A DNA stretch of 55,143 nt from Myxococcota bacterium (GCA_020630615.1 JAHDBA010000015.1:36-55178), one strand, 5' to 3'. Shown: positions 29,831-39,681, counted from the first letter of the stretch. A program made the numbers and translations. Notes: generated from the letters alone by a model not told the origin.

Positions 29831-30097
29831 ATGTCGGATGATTTGATTTTCCAATTTGAAGACGGGTTTGATAGGCCTTTGAAGGCTGGTGAAATTCTTA
29901 TTGGATATATACGCATTCATCGCCCTGAAATCGAGAAGATCAAAGGGATGACGTTGCGTTGGCTCCTCAAGGCAAGTGGGCACGGAACCCCCTTCGAGCA
30001 TTGTCTCGAGAAAGAAAAACTTTCAAAGCAAGAATTGCTTCAACGCCTTGGGCCGAAGGGTGTGCTCACCCGCGTTAATAATCAAGCTCGTAGATGA
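29831..30097 (+). CDS. Short hypothetical ORF, possibly a truncated arrestin/Spo0M-like N-terminus
   Basis: 88 aa; overlaps the 3' end of the convergent gene by 23 bp. Confidence 0.35.
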   Translation: MSDDLIFQFEDGFDRPLKAGEILIGYIRIHRPEIEKIKGMTLRWLLKASGHGTPFEHCLEKEKLSKQELLQRLGPKGVLTRVNNQARR

Positions 30098-30926
30098 GCC
30101 CGCCTTCGTCATCGCTCACCCACACATCTCCACGATGGTCGAAGGTTATCCCTTCGAACTTCACCTTCCCACCTTCGGCGTCATACTGCTCGACAATATC
30201 TTCGAGAGAGACGCTCCGATCAAGCTCAAGGGTGGGCTCGCCATATTCGTTCCGCCCCATTTTGAGTTCTACAATCATGGAAGGCTTATTGGTAAGGAGC
30301 ACAAGGTTTCCATTGTCAGGGTTCACATCGAGCTCCCGAAACCGTATGCCATTAATATCGGAGAGCCCATCTATGAGTATTGGGTCTGTCTGCCCACCCC
30401 AGTCCGAGTCGAAGAACACGATCGCCGCAGGATCTTTCTGATGGCATAATGCTAAGTCGTACCCACCAACGAAGGGAACTTCCGCGATGCCCTCAAAGCC
30501 GTTTTTCTTGCTACTCGAAATCGGCTGTACTGAAAGTTGAGTGCACGCCTCGACGCCACACGTTGGGCTCCTTCCCTTGACATTATCAAGTCGATTAATC
30601 GTAGCTCCACCATCTTCGCCTTTCTCATCTAAGATCCAGAGACGGTCTCGTTCACGGTTGTAATGGAGTCCCTCAAGGTCACGGAAAAGTTTCGCGAGCC
30701 CTGGGTCCATTGCATACTTTGCATCTCCTTTGAAACCTTTACCAAGCAACTTGAGGCGCTGCCTTACCAAGCCGATATCATCATCAACGAGTAAAACACT
30801 GCGTCGCTTTATGAACGCGATATCGGATCCGTTCGCGTCAGCCTGGACAACGCGCTTCACGTCAGCAGTCTCCGCATTACGGTACGCTTGAGTCGTAGGA
30901 AGATTCGAAGAGTTTATTTTCGTCAT
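30075..30926 (-). CDS. Beta-propeller protein, SdiA-regulated/YjiK-like
   Basis: Repeated blades LEGLHYN...LWILDE, FEGIAEV and FEGITFD..GDVWVSDDEG. Confidence 0.65.
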   Translation of the reverse strand: MTKINSSNLPTTQAYRNAETADVKRVVQADANGSDIAFIKRRSVLLVDDDIGLVRQRLKLLGKGFKGDAKYAMDPGLAKLFRDLEGLHYNRERDRLWILDEKGEDGGATINRLDNVKGRSPTCGVEACTQLSVQPISSSKKNGFEGIAEVPFVGGYDLALCHQKDPAAIVFFDSDWGGQTDPILIDGLSDINGIRFRELDVNPDNGNLVLLTNKPSMIVELKMGRNEYGEPTLELDRSVSLEDIVEQYDAEGGKVKFEGITFDHRGDVWVSDDEGGLIYELDY

Positions 30927-31079
30927 ACGCTAAGTGTAAGTCATATCGTGTATCGAACCAAAGCTCTCTATAAAGTGACTCACTATAAAACACTCACTGA
31001 CAACTCATAATTTCTTGAACATCAGCTTGTGCTTGTTCCGGGTACGCCGTTAGTCTGTAGCGAACCCTATGGAGGCCTT

Positions 31080-31778
31080 ATGAACACGATTCGACTCTTC
31101 ATGCTCGAAGACCAGCCTAAGATTTTAAAAAACCAACTCAAACTCCTTCAAACTTTTGAAAACTTGGACATCGTGGGTACCGCTCAAAGCGGGGAAGAAG
31201 CTTTAGAGCAGATTTCAGCCTTAGAGCCGAAACCCGACGTACTTCTATGCGACCTTGGCCTCCCTGGCATCAGCGGTATCGAAGTGACACGTGAGGTTAA
31301 GACCAAGTTCCCTTCTGTCGAAGTTTTGTGCTTCACAGTGTTCGATGAAGAAGATAAGGTCATCGACGCAGTTCGCGCGGGTGCTTCGGGATATCTATTG
31401 AAGGGCGCAGAAGCCCAAAAGATTGTTGATGCAATTGTTGATGTGTCCCAAGGTGGAAGCGTTATTCAGCCAAGCCTGGCGAAGGCACTATTACGACATT
31501 TCTCGATGCCGGAGAAAGGCCCTGCGCCCGAGGGCAGCGTCTTACCCGTGCGAGAGCCTGTGGCCCCCACTGCGCAACAACGAAAACTTACCGTACGAGA
31601 ACTTGAGTGCCTTCAAATCATAGCCAAAGGGCTTAGCAACGCTGAAACTGCGGAAGTGCTTGGGCTCTCGAAGGCCACGATACGGACGCACCTTGAGCAT
31701 ATTTATCAAAAACTTGACGTGTCGAACCGGGTCGAAGCGGTCACTGAAGGGATTCGCCAGGGGATTATCGATCTCTGA
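31080..31778 (+). CDS. NarL/LuxR-family response regulator
   Basis: ED, CDLGLPG, GYLLK receiver motifs; LTVRELECL...GLSN.E.A..L...T.RTH...IYQKL HTH; GGAGG RBS. Confidence 0.93.
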   Translation: MNTIRLFMLEDQPKILKNQLKLLQTFENLDIVGTAQSGEEALEQISALEPKPDVLLCDLGLPGISGIEVTREVKTKFPSVEVLCFTVFDEEDKVIDAVRAGASGYLLKGAEAQKIVDAIVDVSQGGSVIQPSLAKALLRHFSMPEKGPAPEGSVLPVREPVAPTAQQRKLTVRELECLQIIAKGLSNAETAEVLGLSKATIRTHLEHIYQKLDVSNRVEAVTEGIRQGIIDL

Positions 31779-31815
31779 ACACCATCGCACACGACTGAGT
31801 AAGAATATAGCCTTG

Positions 31816-33585
31816 ATGATATTTCGGGTCTTCATCATAACCGGTATTCTATTCGGGGCATTACAAATACAGGCCTCGGATACCACTGTCGGGCATCGTC
31901 TAGCCTTGATTGCAGAGCGCTTGAAAATCCTGCGCTCTATTCAGGATATCAAGTTGAATGACGCTGAGGCCTCACTTACAGAGGCACTGCTTAAACCTTT
32001 CCCAGCAGCAAAGTCACAAATACAGGTTGTTGTGCAAGACTGGTATTCAGTTCAAAATCCAAATAACCATGACCATGTCGATAGCGTCATCCATTCTACA
32101 CTCGCTGACATCCAGAAAGTTGAGAAACTAGACAGGCTTGGTCTGAGCTCTCGTATTCTGCCGCTTCTGAGAAGATTAAGTCGGTCGAGCAAAACCAAGA
32201 ACTCGCCCAGGCAGACAAAGATAGTAATGAAAGCTCTGCACCACGCAAATGCTCTTCAAGACCTCGAAAGTCTGGCGTTGTCGATATCGCAGTCACAAGA
32301 TCCTGAGGCCCTTATGAATGCTGCTTGGGCCTACGGGAAGTTGAACAAGAGAGCATTAATGCAATCGCTCTATCATAAGGTTGCCGATCTCAATACCGGG
32401 AAGAGCGGAGAAGCGGCATTTTGGCTTGCCTTTTCATATTATGAAAAGGGTGATTACTCAAAAGCGCATCAATGGTTTCTGCAAGCACAGATGTCACAAA
32501 GCACGGACATCCCCAAAAGCACGCATTGGTATTTATGGTGGTCCAAAGTACTTCAGGATTACCAAAAAGACGGAGAGGAGATGGAGTTTGCTGGAGCTCC
32601 CGTGCGTTTATCACTCAAGAAGCCGGCGGGTCCACTTTCGAAGGACCCGCGTACAGAATATTTTTATGAGCGCTTTGTCTCTCCCCCCCGTGCATCAACC
32701 ACGCACATCAGAGGCACGAAGCGAGCAAGTGGGGTTCTTGATTACTACACATTGATGAGAGACGCGCGTGTAGGGATAACTCACAGCGATGCGATTCGAA
32801 CACATGCAATCAATAACAAAAGCGAAGATAAGAATCAGAACTACCCAGTTTTTTCACCACGCAACCGACACGAGCGCATCCTTGTTGACCGTTGGCTTAA
32901 GGCGCTTTTGAGCCCGAAAGAGTTATGTCAAGGCAAGGGATCTCACATGCGGACAAGCGTGGCTCTTCGAGCTTGTCTCGCCATAAGACGTTACAAGTCG
33001 AGCAGTCCACACATGTGGCCACAACCCTATATTGATCTCGTGGATCAATACGCAAAAGAATACAACGTCCCCATCAATTTGGTTTATGCAATCATGCGGC
33101 AAGAGTCCTTTTACGATGAAAATGCCCACAGCCATGTCGGTGCTAGAGGTCTTATTCAGCTTATGCCTTACACTGCTACTGGAATCGCACGGGAACTCAA
33201 CATACATCTTAGTTCACCCGATGATCTATATGACCCGAAGATCAACCTGAGGCTGGGCATTGCTTTTATCGGCAAACTCTTACGCATGTTTGATGAGCAG
33301 CCCGATATGGCGATAGCAGCTTACAACGGTGGCCCTGAACAAGTTAGCAAGTGGGCCAACAACTACCCCGTAGACATATTTGTCGAGATGATTCCCTTTA
33401 AAGAGACACGTGAGTATGTCAAAAAAGTAACACGCAACTGGGCACACTACGATGGACTGATGCAAGGTTACGACCATGCTGTGCTTCCCTACCCCTTTAG
33501 GAGCTTCCATGGCGACTTTGCAGGCGAGCTTTATGAGCCCTACGATTGGTCGGAAGATACATATAAACCGCTACCAATGCGCTAA
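31816..33585 (+). CDS. Slt70-like lytic transglycosylase with TPR region
   Basis: AIMRQES, GARGLIQLMP, AAYNGG, IPFKETREYVKKV. Signal-like segment from ATG 31816. Confidence 0.88.
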   Translation: MIFRVFIITGILFGALQIQASDTTVGHRLALIAERLKILRSIQDIKLNDAEASLTEALLKPFPAAKSQIQVVVQDWYSVQNPNNHDHVDSVIHSTLADIQKVEKLDRLGLSSRILPLLRRLSRSSKTKNSPRQTKIVMKALHHANALQDLESLALSISQSQDPEALMNAAWAYGKLNKRALMQSLYHKVADLNTGKSGEAAFWLAFSYYEKGDYSKAHQWFLQAQMSQSTDIPKSTHWYLWWSKVLQDYQKDGEEMEFAGAPVRLSLKKPAGPLSKDPRTEYFYERFVSPPRASTTHIRGTKRASGVLDYYTLMRDARVGITHSDAIRTHAINNKSEDKNQNYPVFSPRNRHERILVDRWLKALLSPKELCQGKGSHMRTSVALRACLAIRRYKSSSPHMWPQPYIDLVDQYAKEYNVPINLVYAIMRQESFYDENAHSHVGARGLIQLMPYTATGIARELNIHLSSPDDLYDPKINLRLGIAFIGKLLRMFDEQPDMAIAAYNGGPEQVSKWANNYPVDIFVEMIPFKETREYVKKVTRNWAHYDGLMQGYDHAVLPYPFRSFHGDFAGELYEPYDWSEDTYKPLPMR

Positions 33586-33673
33586 GGCTAAGGACTCAAG
33601 CAAGAAATAGAATCTCAATTAAGAATGCACCAATGCGGGTGCACTATCTCATTTCAAATGGAAGAGATCAGGC

Positions 33674-34303
33674 TCAGGCCACAATCTTTTCAACCTGGTT
33701 AAAGGCAAGCTCTACAGGGGTCGAACGTCCGAAAATCGACACTGCAACCTTGAGGCGCTCCTTGTCGGTATTCACTTCTTCAACGACACCATTGAAATTG
33801 GCAAAAGGACCGTCAACAACTCGTACTTGCTCATCAACTTCAAAGTCAATGATTTGCTTCGGTTTTTTCACGCCATCTTCAATTTGCTCTGTTAAGCGAG
33901 CCACTTCTCGACGACTAATCGGAGTTGGTTTTGTCGCATTCCCGACAAAGCCAGTAATCTTGTCCGTGTTGTTGACAACGTGCCACGTTTCGTCGGTCAT
34001 CTCCATCTGGACAATAATGTAACCGGGAAAAAACTTCCGGGTCGAGGTTCGCCGTTGACCGTTCCGAACCTCTTGTACAGTTTCGACCGGGACAAGTATC
34101 TCGCCAAACTTGTCTTCCAGGTCTCTCTGTCTTGCTCGTTCCAAGAGGGACAATTTAGCCTTGTTCTCAAAGTTCGAAAAGGTGTGAACCACATACCATT
34201 TCATATTGGGGTTCACCGGTTTCGCTGGAGCCGCTTCGACCTCGGCCGTCACACTGGCTTCGGATTCTTCAACATGTTCATGCTCTGCTGAAACTTCAAT
34301 CAT
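33674..34303 (-). CDS. nusG: Transcription termination/antitermination factor NusG
   Basis: [15 protein letters not shown] motif [23 protein letters not shown]. Confidence 0.97.
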   Translation of the reverse strand: MIEVSAEHEHVEESEASVTAEVEAAPAKPVNPNMKWYVVHTFSNFENKAKLSLLERARQRDLEDKFGEILVPVETVQEVRNGQRRTSTRKFFPGYIIVQMEMTDETWHVVNNTDKITGFVGNATKPTPISRREVARLTEQIEDGVKKPKQIIDFEVDEQVRVVDGPFANFNGVVEEVNTDKERLKVAVSIFGRSTPVELAFNQVEKIVA

Positions 34304-34387
34304 CTCACTACCTCAAGAAGGATATACAAATACTAATAAAGAAGCTCTCAGTACCAAAACAGAGAGTGCCTCACCGGCAACAAACAA

Positions 34388-34774
34388 CTAATACAGAAAG
34401 TAGTTATTGTTTGTAAGGTATCCAAAGACTGCGTCGAAGAAGAATAAGATTCCCGCAACAATACAGTTAAAGACAATCGTGACGACTGTTCCCCACCGTG
34501 TCTCGGCAGCAGTAGGCCAAGCTACTTTGTCGACTTCATCGATCACTTCCCCTGTGAATCGTCCACTGCCGCCAACACGCAAGAGAATAAAACTTAAAAC
34601 AGCGGCAACCAGAAAACCTAGAAACGTAGCCAATGTAATCGAGTCACCAACCACAGACTGATTGGGTACGCGAAAGTAAGTAAAGATTGAGGTAAAGATC
34701 TGGTCGAAGAGCCAGCTTCCCATCACAACACTGAGAACACCGACAACAATAAGAGTTCTTGTTTTTGAACGCAT
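34388..34774 (-). CDS. secE: Preprotein translocase subunit SecE (3-TM form)
   Basis: EVDKVAWPT..ET motif followed by a TM helix; lies between tRNA-Trp and nusG. Confidence 0.9.
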   Translation of the reverse strand: MRSKTRTLIVVGVLSVVMGSWLFDQIFTSIFTYFRVPNQSVVGDSITLATFLGFLVAAVLSFILLRVGGSGRFTGEVIDEVDKVAWPTAAETRWGTVVTIVFNCIVAGILFFFDAVFGYLTNNNYFLY

Positions 34775-34795
34775 AACGACACCTTTCGATTAAAA

Positions 34796-34871
34796 TGGCA
34801 GGCCAGGCAGGACTTGAACCCGCAACCTTTGGATTTGGAATCCAAAGCTCTACCAATTGAGCTACTGACCT
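34796..34871 (-). tRNA. tRNA-Trp (CCA)
   Basis: AGGTCAGTAGCTCAATTGGTAGAGC...TTGGA-TTCCAAA-TCCAA...GGTTCAAGTCC...CTGGCCTGCCA; 76 nt with encoded CCA. Confidence 0.97.
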
Positions 34872-34915
34872 ACAAAATGGGCCCCATACACGAGGCCCAA
34901 TACAAGCATCAATGC

Positions 34916-36109
34916 TTAATCAACGATTGCTGTTACTTTACCAGCACCAACGGTACGGCCACCCTCGCGAATCGCGAACTCAAGGCCTGCATCCATAGCG
35001 ATTGGAGTGATGAGCTCAACCTCAATAGAAACGTTGTCACCAGGCATAACCATTTCTTTTCCGTCAAGAAGGTTAATCGCCCCCGTTACGTCAGTCGTAC
35101 GGAAGTAAAACTGAGGTCGGTAGTTATTGAAGAAAGGCTTATGACGTCCACCCTCATCTTTCGACAGGCAGTAAATCTCAGCTTTAAACTTCTTATGTGG
35201 ATTGATTGTTCCTGGTTTTGCAAGAACTTGGCCACGCTCAACTTCATCTTTCTTGGTACCACGAAGCAAACAACCACAGTTGTCTCCAGCTTGACCCTGG
35301 TCAAGAAGCTTACGAAACATCTCAACACCCGTAACCGTGGTTTTGCTGGTCTCACGAATACCGACGATATCAACTTCTTCACCAACCTTAACGATACCTG
35401 TCTCAACACGACCTGTTACAACCGTACCGCGTCCTGAAATCGAGAACACGTCCTCAATCGGCATCAAGAAATCTTTATCCACTGGACGCTCTGGTTCAGG
35501 AATTGTTGCGTCAACTTGCTTCATCAACTCCACTACTGCTGGAACACCAATATCGCTGCTGTCGCCTTCAAGTGCTTTCAGCGCAGAACCACGAATAATC
35601 GGAATATTGTCGCCGTCAAACTTGTACTGACTTAGAAGTTCACGAACCTCAAGCTCAACAAGGTCAAGAAGCTCTTCATCGTCAACCATGTCACACTTGT
35701 TCATGAATACAACAATGTGCGGAACGCCGACCTGACGCGCCAAAAGGATGTGCTCGCGTGTTTGTGGCATTGGGCCATCAGACGCACTCACAACAAGGAT
35801 AGCTCCGTCCATTTGAGCCGCACCCGTAATCATGTTTTTCACATAATCGGCATGGCCAGGACAGTCAACGTGAGCGTAGTGACGTGTTTCTGTTTCATAC
35901 TCAAGATGAGCAGTCGAGATAGTAATACCACGCTCTCGCTCTTCAGGGGCTTTATCAATCTCGTCATATGCCATAACAACGCCGCCACCATGTGCTTCGT
36001 TCATGCATTTTGTAATCGCAGCTGACAAAGTTGTCTTGCCGTGATCAACGTGACCGATGGTTCCAATATTTACGTGCGGTTTACCGCGCTCGAACTTTTC
36101 CTTTGCCAT
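34916..36109 (-). CDS. tuf: Elongation factor Tu
   Basis: [29 protein letters not shown]; AGGAG RBS before ATG 36109. Confidence 0.99.
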   Translation of the reverse strand: MAKEKFERGKPHVNIGTIGHVDHGKTTLSAAITKCMNEAHGGGVVMAYDEIDKAPEERERGITISTAHLEYETETRHYAHVDCPGHADYVKNMITGAAQMDGAILVVSASDGPMPQTREHILLARQVGVPHIVVFMNKCDMVDDEELLDLVELEVRELLSQYKFDGDNIPIIRGSALKALEGDSSDIGVPAVVELMKQVDATIPEPERPVDKDFLMPIEDVFSISGRGTVVTGRVETGIVKVGEEVDIVGIRETSKTTVTGVEMFRKLLDQGQAGDNCGCLLRGTKKDEVERGQVLAKPGTINPHKKFKAEIYCLSKDEGGRHKPFFNNYRPQFYFRTTDVTGAINLLDGKEMVMPGDNVSIEVELITPIAMDAGLEFAIREGGRTVGAGKVTAIVD

Positions 36110-36243
36110 TTTCAACTCCTAAAAGCCGCACTCGATTGAGTACAGCAGAGACAATCTATACACATACTCATCCGACGACAAGCATCAAAAACACATTCCT
36201 AGAACTGTCGGAGCAAAAATACAACACCAACCGAACCAGAAAA

Positions 36244-36319
<76 letters not shown>

Positions 36320-36524
36320 ACGCGTACCGGTTAAAAGATCTGCCTACTTTTGTCTATCCGTAATCTTTCATTTATTTATAAAAGATAGCTCCTCACCCTA
36401 CTTCCGAGGCTTGTCTCATTATTCTTCAGAAGATCACGCCAAAATGGAGGCGAGCGGCATACGACTCACGAGTCTTCTTCGGGCGACTTATTAGACCATT
36501 TGTAATTTGGATAGGAGCCAAAAC

Positions 36525-37643
36525 ATGAATTTCGTAAAAACAACACTATTTTCCACCGTGGCACTTGGGCTTGTTGCTTGCGGCGGCACAAATGCCCCTG
36601 AAGGACGCGATGGATCTTCCTTAATTGCAGATCAATCTGAGGCACACGATGAGGAGCGAGAAACGCTTTCTCCAGAGCCCACAAGGCCCGAAATTAACTG
36701 TGGAACTGGCACTGTCTTGGTTCATGACGAATGTGTTGTCGACCCACGTAGTGTTGAAGAATCAGAGCCAGCCCTCCAGCCTGAACCCGAAGTCGTTTGC
36801 GGTGCAGGGACAACACTTCGCAATGGAGTTTGTATTGCAGATGCTCCAAGTCAACCTACAGAAACAGTCGTCTCAGAGCCAACCTCAACAACAGTTGAAG
36901 AGTTGCGTGCAGATCATTTTATCCAATACTGTCAGGGCTTGTTGGATTGTGGATACATGCAAAATAAATCGGTAGCGGAGTGTACGAACGCATTATGGGA
37001 TGAAGCGGCCCTTCTCTCGCAGGACACCGGATGTTCATCAGCTCTCTACCAGTTTGGGGAATATACAAAGTGTGTAGGCCAAGATACCTGTGCCAATATC
37101 GCAATCTTCAATGAAACGGGTGAAGTACCTCTCAACTGCCTTGAAGAAGAGGCATTGGTCGAGCAAGGTTTCGACATTTGTCTCCCGGAGGGAGTCGAAA
37201 ACCGATTTACCCGGTGGGGAATCGGCGCGGGTGGCGACATTAACCTTGGCGTTGGTGGCAGCGTTGGTGTTGGCGTAGGCTGGGACAGTGAGGAAGGACT
37301 TCAAATCTCGATGACACCAAGTTACGGCGTATCCACCGAAGCGTCTAAGGCCATCCTTGATTATTGTTATGTTCACAGCTTTTGCGCAGCAATTGGAGAA
37401 AATGATAATCCGAATGTCCAAAGACCTGGCAGATGTGTGATGGAAAAATCAGCAGTTGCACGGGCTTTTGAAGAAACGGAGTGCCAAGCGTACACTGAGG
37501 CTCAAATTGCATACGACAACTGTCGGAGCGTTGCAGGCTGCAACTCAATCAATCAAGCATTCGCAGACGAAATCTGTATGGCAGAGCGACAGGAGCGACA
37601 AGAACAAGAAATACTCTGTACGGTTCAATCCATATTCAACTAG
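36525..37643 (+). CDS. Cys-rich lipoprotein of unknown function
   Basis: LVAC lipobox, two CGxGT...C repeats, two Cys-rich helical blocks and a Gly-rich segment; AGGAG RBS. Confidence 0.8.
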   Translation: MNFVKTTLFSTVALGLVACGGTNAPEGRDGSSLIADQSEAHDEERETLSPEPTRPEINCGTGTVLVHDECVVDPRSVEESEPALQPEPEVVCGAGTTLRNGVCIADAPSQPTETVVSEPTSTTVEELRADHFIQYCQGLLDCGYMQNKSVAECTNALWDEAALLSQDTGCSSALYQFGEYTKCVGQDTCANIAIFNETGEVPLNCLEEEALVEQGFDICLPEGVENRFTRWGIGAGGDINLGVGGSVGVGVGWDSEEGLQISMTPSYGVSTEASKAILDYCYVHSFCAAIGENDNPNVQRPGRCVMEKSAVARAFEETECQAYTEAQIAYDNCRSVAGCNSINQAFADEICMAERQERQEQEILCTVQSIFN

Positions 37644-37675
37644 TGAACCCGATTTTTTGACCTATAATATGTACG

Positions 37676-37703
37676 AAGCCCACACGAGAGTGAGGGCTTT
37701 TTT
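37676..37703 (+). terminator. Probable intrinsic terminator after the lipoprotein gene
   Basis: AAGCCC...GGGCTT stem followed by a T run. Confidence 0.65.
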
Positions 37704-37798
37704 GCTGGCATACTTGTTTGGCTTATCTTGCCAAACCAAAACGTCACTACAAAAAAATCAAGGAGTTTCAATCGTTACAATGTTTTTTGTTGAGAAAA

Positions 37799-37884
37799 TG
37801 GTGGATGCGGTTGGATTCGAACCAACGTAGACCAACGTCAACGGGTTTACAGCCCGTCCCCTTTAACCACTCGGGCACGCATCC
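37799..37884 (-). tRNA. tRNA-Tyr (GTA)
   Basis: GGATGCGTGCCCGAGTGGTTAAAGGG...ACGGG-CTGTAAA-CCCGT, long variable arm, GGTTCGAATCC...CATCCACCA; 86 nt. Confidence 0.97.
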
Positions 37885-37892
37885 GGGAGGCT

Positions 37893-37920
37893 AGTATACG
37901 ATCTTCCATCAGTTTTACAA
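37893..37920 (-). promoter_or_regulatory. Sigma70-type promoter of tRNA-Tyr
   Basis: TTGTAA-16 bp-TATACT on the minus strand, 8 nt upstream of the tRNA 5' end. Confidence 0.65.
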
Positions 37921-37948
37921 GTCACAAAGACTATTAAAGTTTCGGAAG

Positions 37949-38602
37949 TTACACATTTGTACCGATGCGGATCCTTTCATCGCTTTTGAGGGCGAAGCTG
38001 TCTGGCGCGTGCGTGGCAATTAAGGTCCAATGCTGATTTTGAGATTTAATATCGTCCGCAAAAACGCTCGTAAAATGATCATCAAGACCGCTTAGCGGTT
38101 CATCCAATAGGACAAGGTGCGGATCCTTTGATGCTGCCAGTTGAATAAAGATCAACGCTAGTGAAACACGTTGGAACTCACCACCCGAAAGATAAAAGCA
38201 CTGCTTCTCTTCCAACTCATCGATCGCATAACGCTTTAAGACAGTACGTACACGAGTACTCGCAGGACTCATCTTGCACCAACGAGCAATCGCGCCGAGC
38301 ACCTCACAAACACGCAGCCGCGGTCTATTCATATGTTGAGGAAGATAGGCAACGGGCGGAAAGTCGCGCTTCTTTTCCTTCTCGAGGGGTAAGTCCCAAT
38401 GATGCCCCAAGGCATTTACAGAAGCGGTCAAATCACCGTTATCGGCAGTCGCAAGCCCATTTAAGAAAGTAGACTTCCCTGCTCCGTTGCGGCCACACAC
38501 GAGCTTGACCTCCCCTAAACCCATCCGAAACTCAAGATTCTGGGCCAGACGATGTCCTGCGGGCGACCACAGTTCTCCTTCAAACAATTCAAGTGTGCTC
38601 AT
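37949..38602 (-). CDS. ABC transporter ATP-binding protein (iron/heme/B12 type)
   Basis: GRNGAGKST, LPQ, LSGGE, LLDEP, TH; overlaps the permease stop. Confidence 0.88.
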   Translation of the reverse strand: MSTLELFEGELWSPAGHRLAQNLEFRMGLGEVKLVCGRNGAGKSTFLNGLATADNGDLTASVNALGHHWDLPLEKEKKRDFPPVAYLPQHMNRPRLRVCEVLGAIARWCKMSPASTRVRTVLKRYAIDELEEKQCFYLSGGEFQRVSLALIFIQLAASKDPHLVLLDEPLSGLDDHFTSVFADDIKSQNQHWTLIATHAPDSFALKSDERIRIGTNV

Positions 38603-39603
38603 ACGAGTTCCTCGCGCTTTCCAACAAGGATACTCAGCAATACTATCGCGCCTACAATCGTTGTTAGAGTTCCAGCGGGAATCTCAACACTATTGCTTAC
38701 CGCTCTCCCCGCTGAATCAGCACTAAGACAGAGCACTGCGCTCACCAAAGCTGACGCAAGCAACCACCTTCTGGACGAAAAACCAACAATGGCACCACCA
38801 ACATGCGGACCAATCAAGCTCACAAAAGCGATCGGACCACATATTGCAGTGCAACAAGCAACTCCAAGCGCAATGGCCAAAGCGATCTGGCCCCGTAACA
38901 TTGTAACGGGCACTCCCAGAGTCTTCGCCTTTAGTTCTCCAAGCGCCAAGAGATCAAGACGCGTTGATTTGGAGACGAAAAAAACAATGAGGGTGATCGA
39001 GACAACACTTAACAACAATGGTTCGAAGACCGTTAACGATTCGAATGAACCAAATGTCCAAAAAGTCATGCGTTGTAACTGGTCTCTGCGAGCAACAAGA
39101 AACAAGAGCGCAATAAGAGCAGTGCATAAGCCAGAAATGCAAAGACCCACCAGTATAATGCGGTACGAGTTACCATTGCCACGCCGCCCCGCCCTGCGAG
39201 GCGCACCACGCACTACACTTTTTCGGGGCCGGTTAAGTAAAAAATCAACAGATAAGACGAACGCAAAAACAACGAGCGCTCCGACAAATGACGCCAATGC
39301 CAAACCGAAACTGTTGTTCACCTCAAGCGCCGGTAAAAGCACCACATAAACCGCTGCGCCCAATACCGAACCCGAACTCACACCCGTGAGAGTTGGGTCC
39401 GCTAGATCGTTTTGAAAAAGAATTTGGGAGCCCACCCCGCACGCGCCCAAAAGACTTCCAGCGGCAAAACAGTTAGTTGTACGCTGGATACGCAGCATGC
39501 CTATGGGGCCGAAGGGATCATCAACGAAGACCGCGATACTGGGCATTAGAAGGCTAGCCAACACCGCGACAACCACCACAATGCTGCCCAAGAACCATTT
39601 CAT
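38599..39603 (-). CDS. FecCD/BtuC-family ABC permease
   Basis: Q.LFQN.LADP...GVSSG, WTFGS, LGE..AKTLGV, G.IAFV.LI.PH, EIPAG.LT. Confidence 0.88.
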   Translation of the reverse strand: MKWFLGSIVVVVAVLASLLMPSIAVFVDDPFGPIGMLRIQRTTNCFAAGSLLGACGVGSQILFQNDLADPTLTGVSSGSVLGAAVYVVLLPALEVNNSFGLALASFVGALVVFAFVLSVDFLLNRPRKSVVRGAPRRAGRRGNGNSYRIILVGLCISGLCTALIALLFLVARRDQLQRMTFWTFGSFESLTVFEPLLLSVVSITLIVFFVSKSTRLDLLALGELKAKTLGVPVTMLRGQIALAIALGVACCTAICGPIAFVSLIGPHVGGAIVGFSSRRWLLASALVSAVLCLSADSAGRAVSNSVEIPAGTLTTIVGAIVLLSILVGKREELV

Positions 39604-39640
39604 CTTGTCGATCTCATTTCACGCACAACCAAACGCCCAG

Positions 39641-39670
39641 AAAGACAAAAGCTCTCGCTTGAGAGCTTTG
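39641..39670 (-). terminator. Intrinsic terminator after nqrF
   Basis: Minus strand reads AAAGCTCTC-AAGC-GAGAGCTTT then TGTCTTT. Confidence 0.7.
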
Positions 39671-39681
39671 CCATACCTTTC

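Noticed and set aside
34814-35437. Long antisense ORFs over tuf (207 aa), and likewise over nqrE (40930-41667) and the ABC permease (38552-39349)
   Set aside because: Shadow ORFs opposite conserved genes, with no motifs of their own.
36440-36500. AAAATGGAGGCGAGCGG, which on the minus strand looks like a tRNA 3' end (…CTCGCCTCCA) and so a possible tRNA remnant or att site
   Set aside because: No TTCRA T-loop, no matching 5' acceptor strand and no identity to the flanking tRNAs. Too weak to call.
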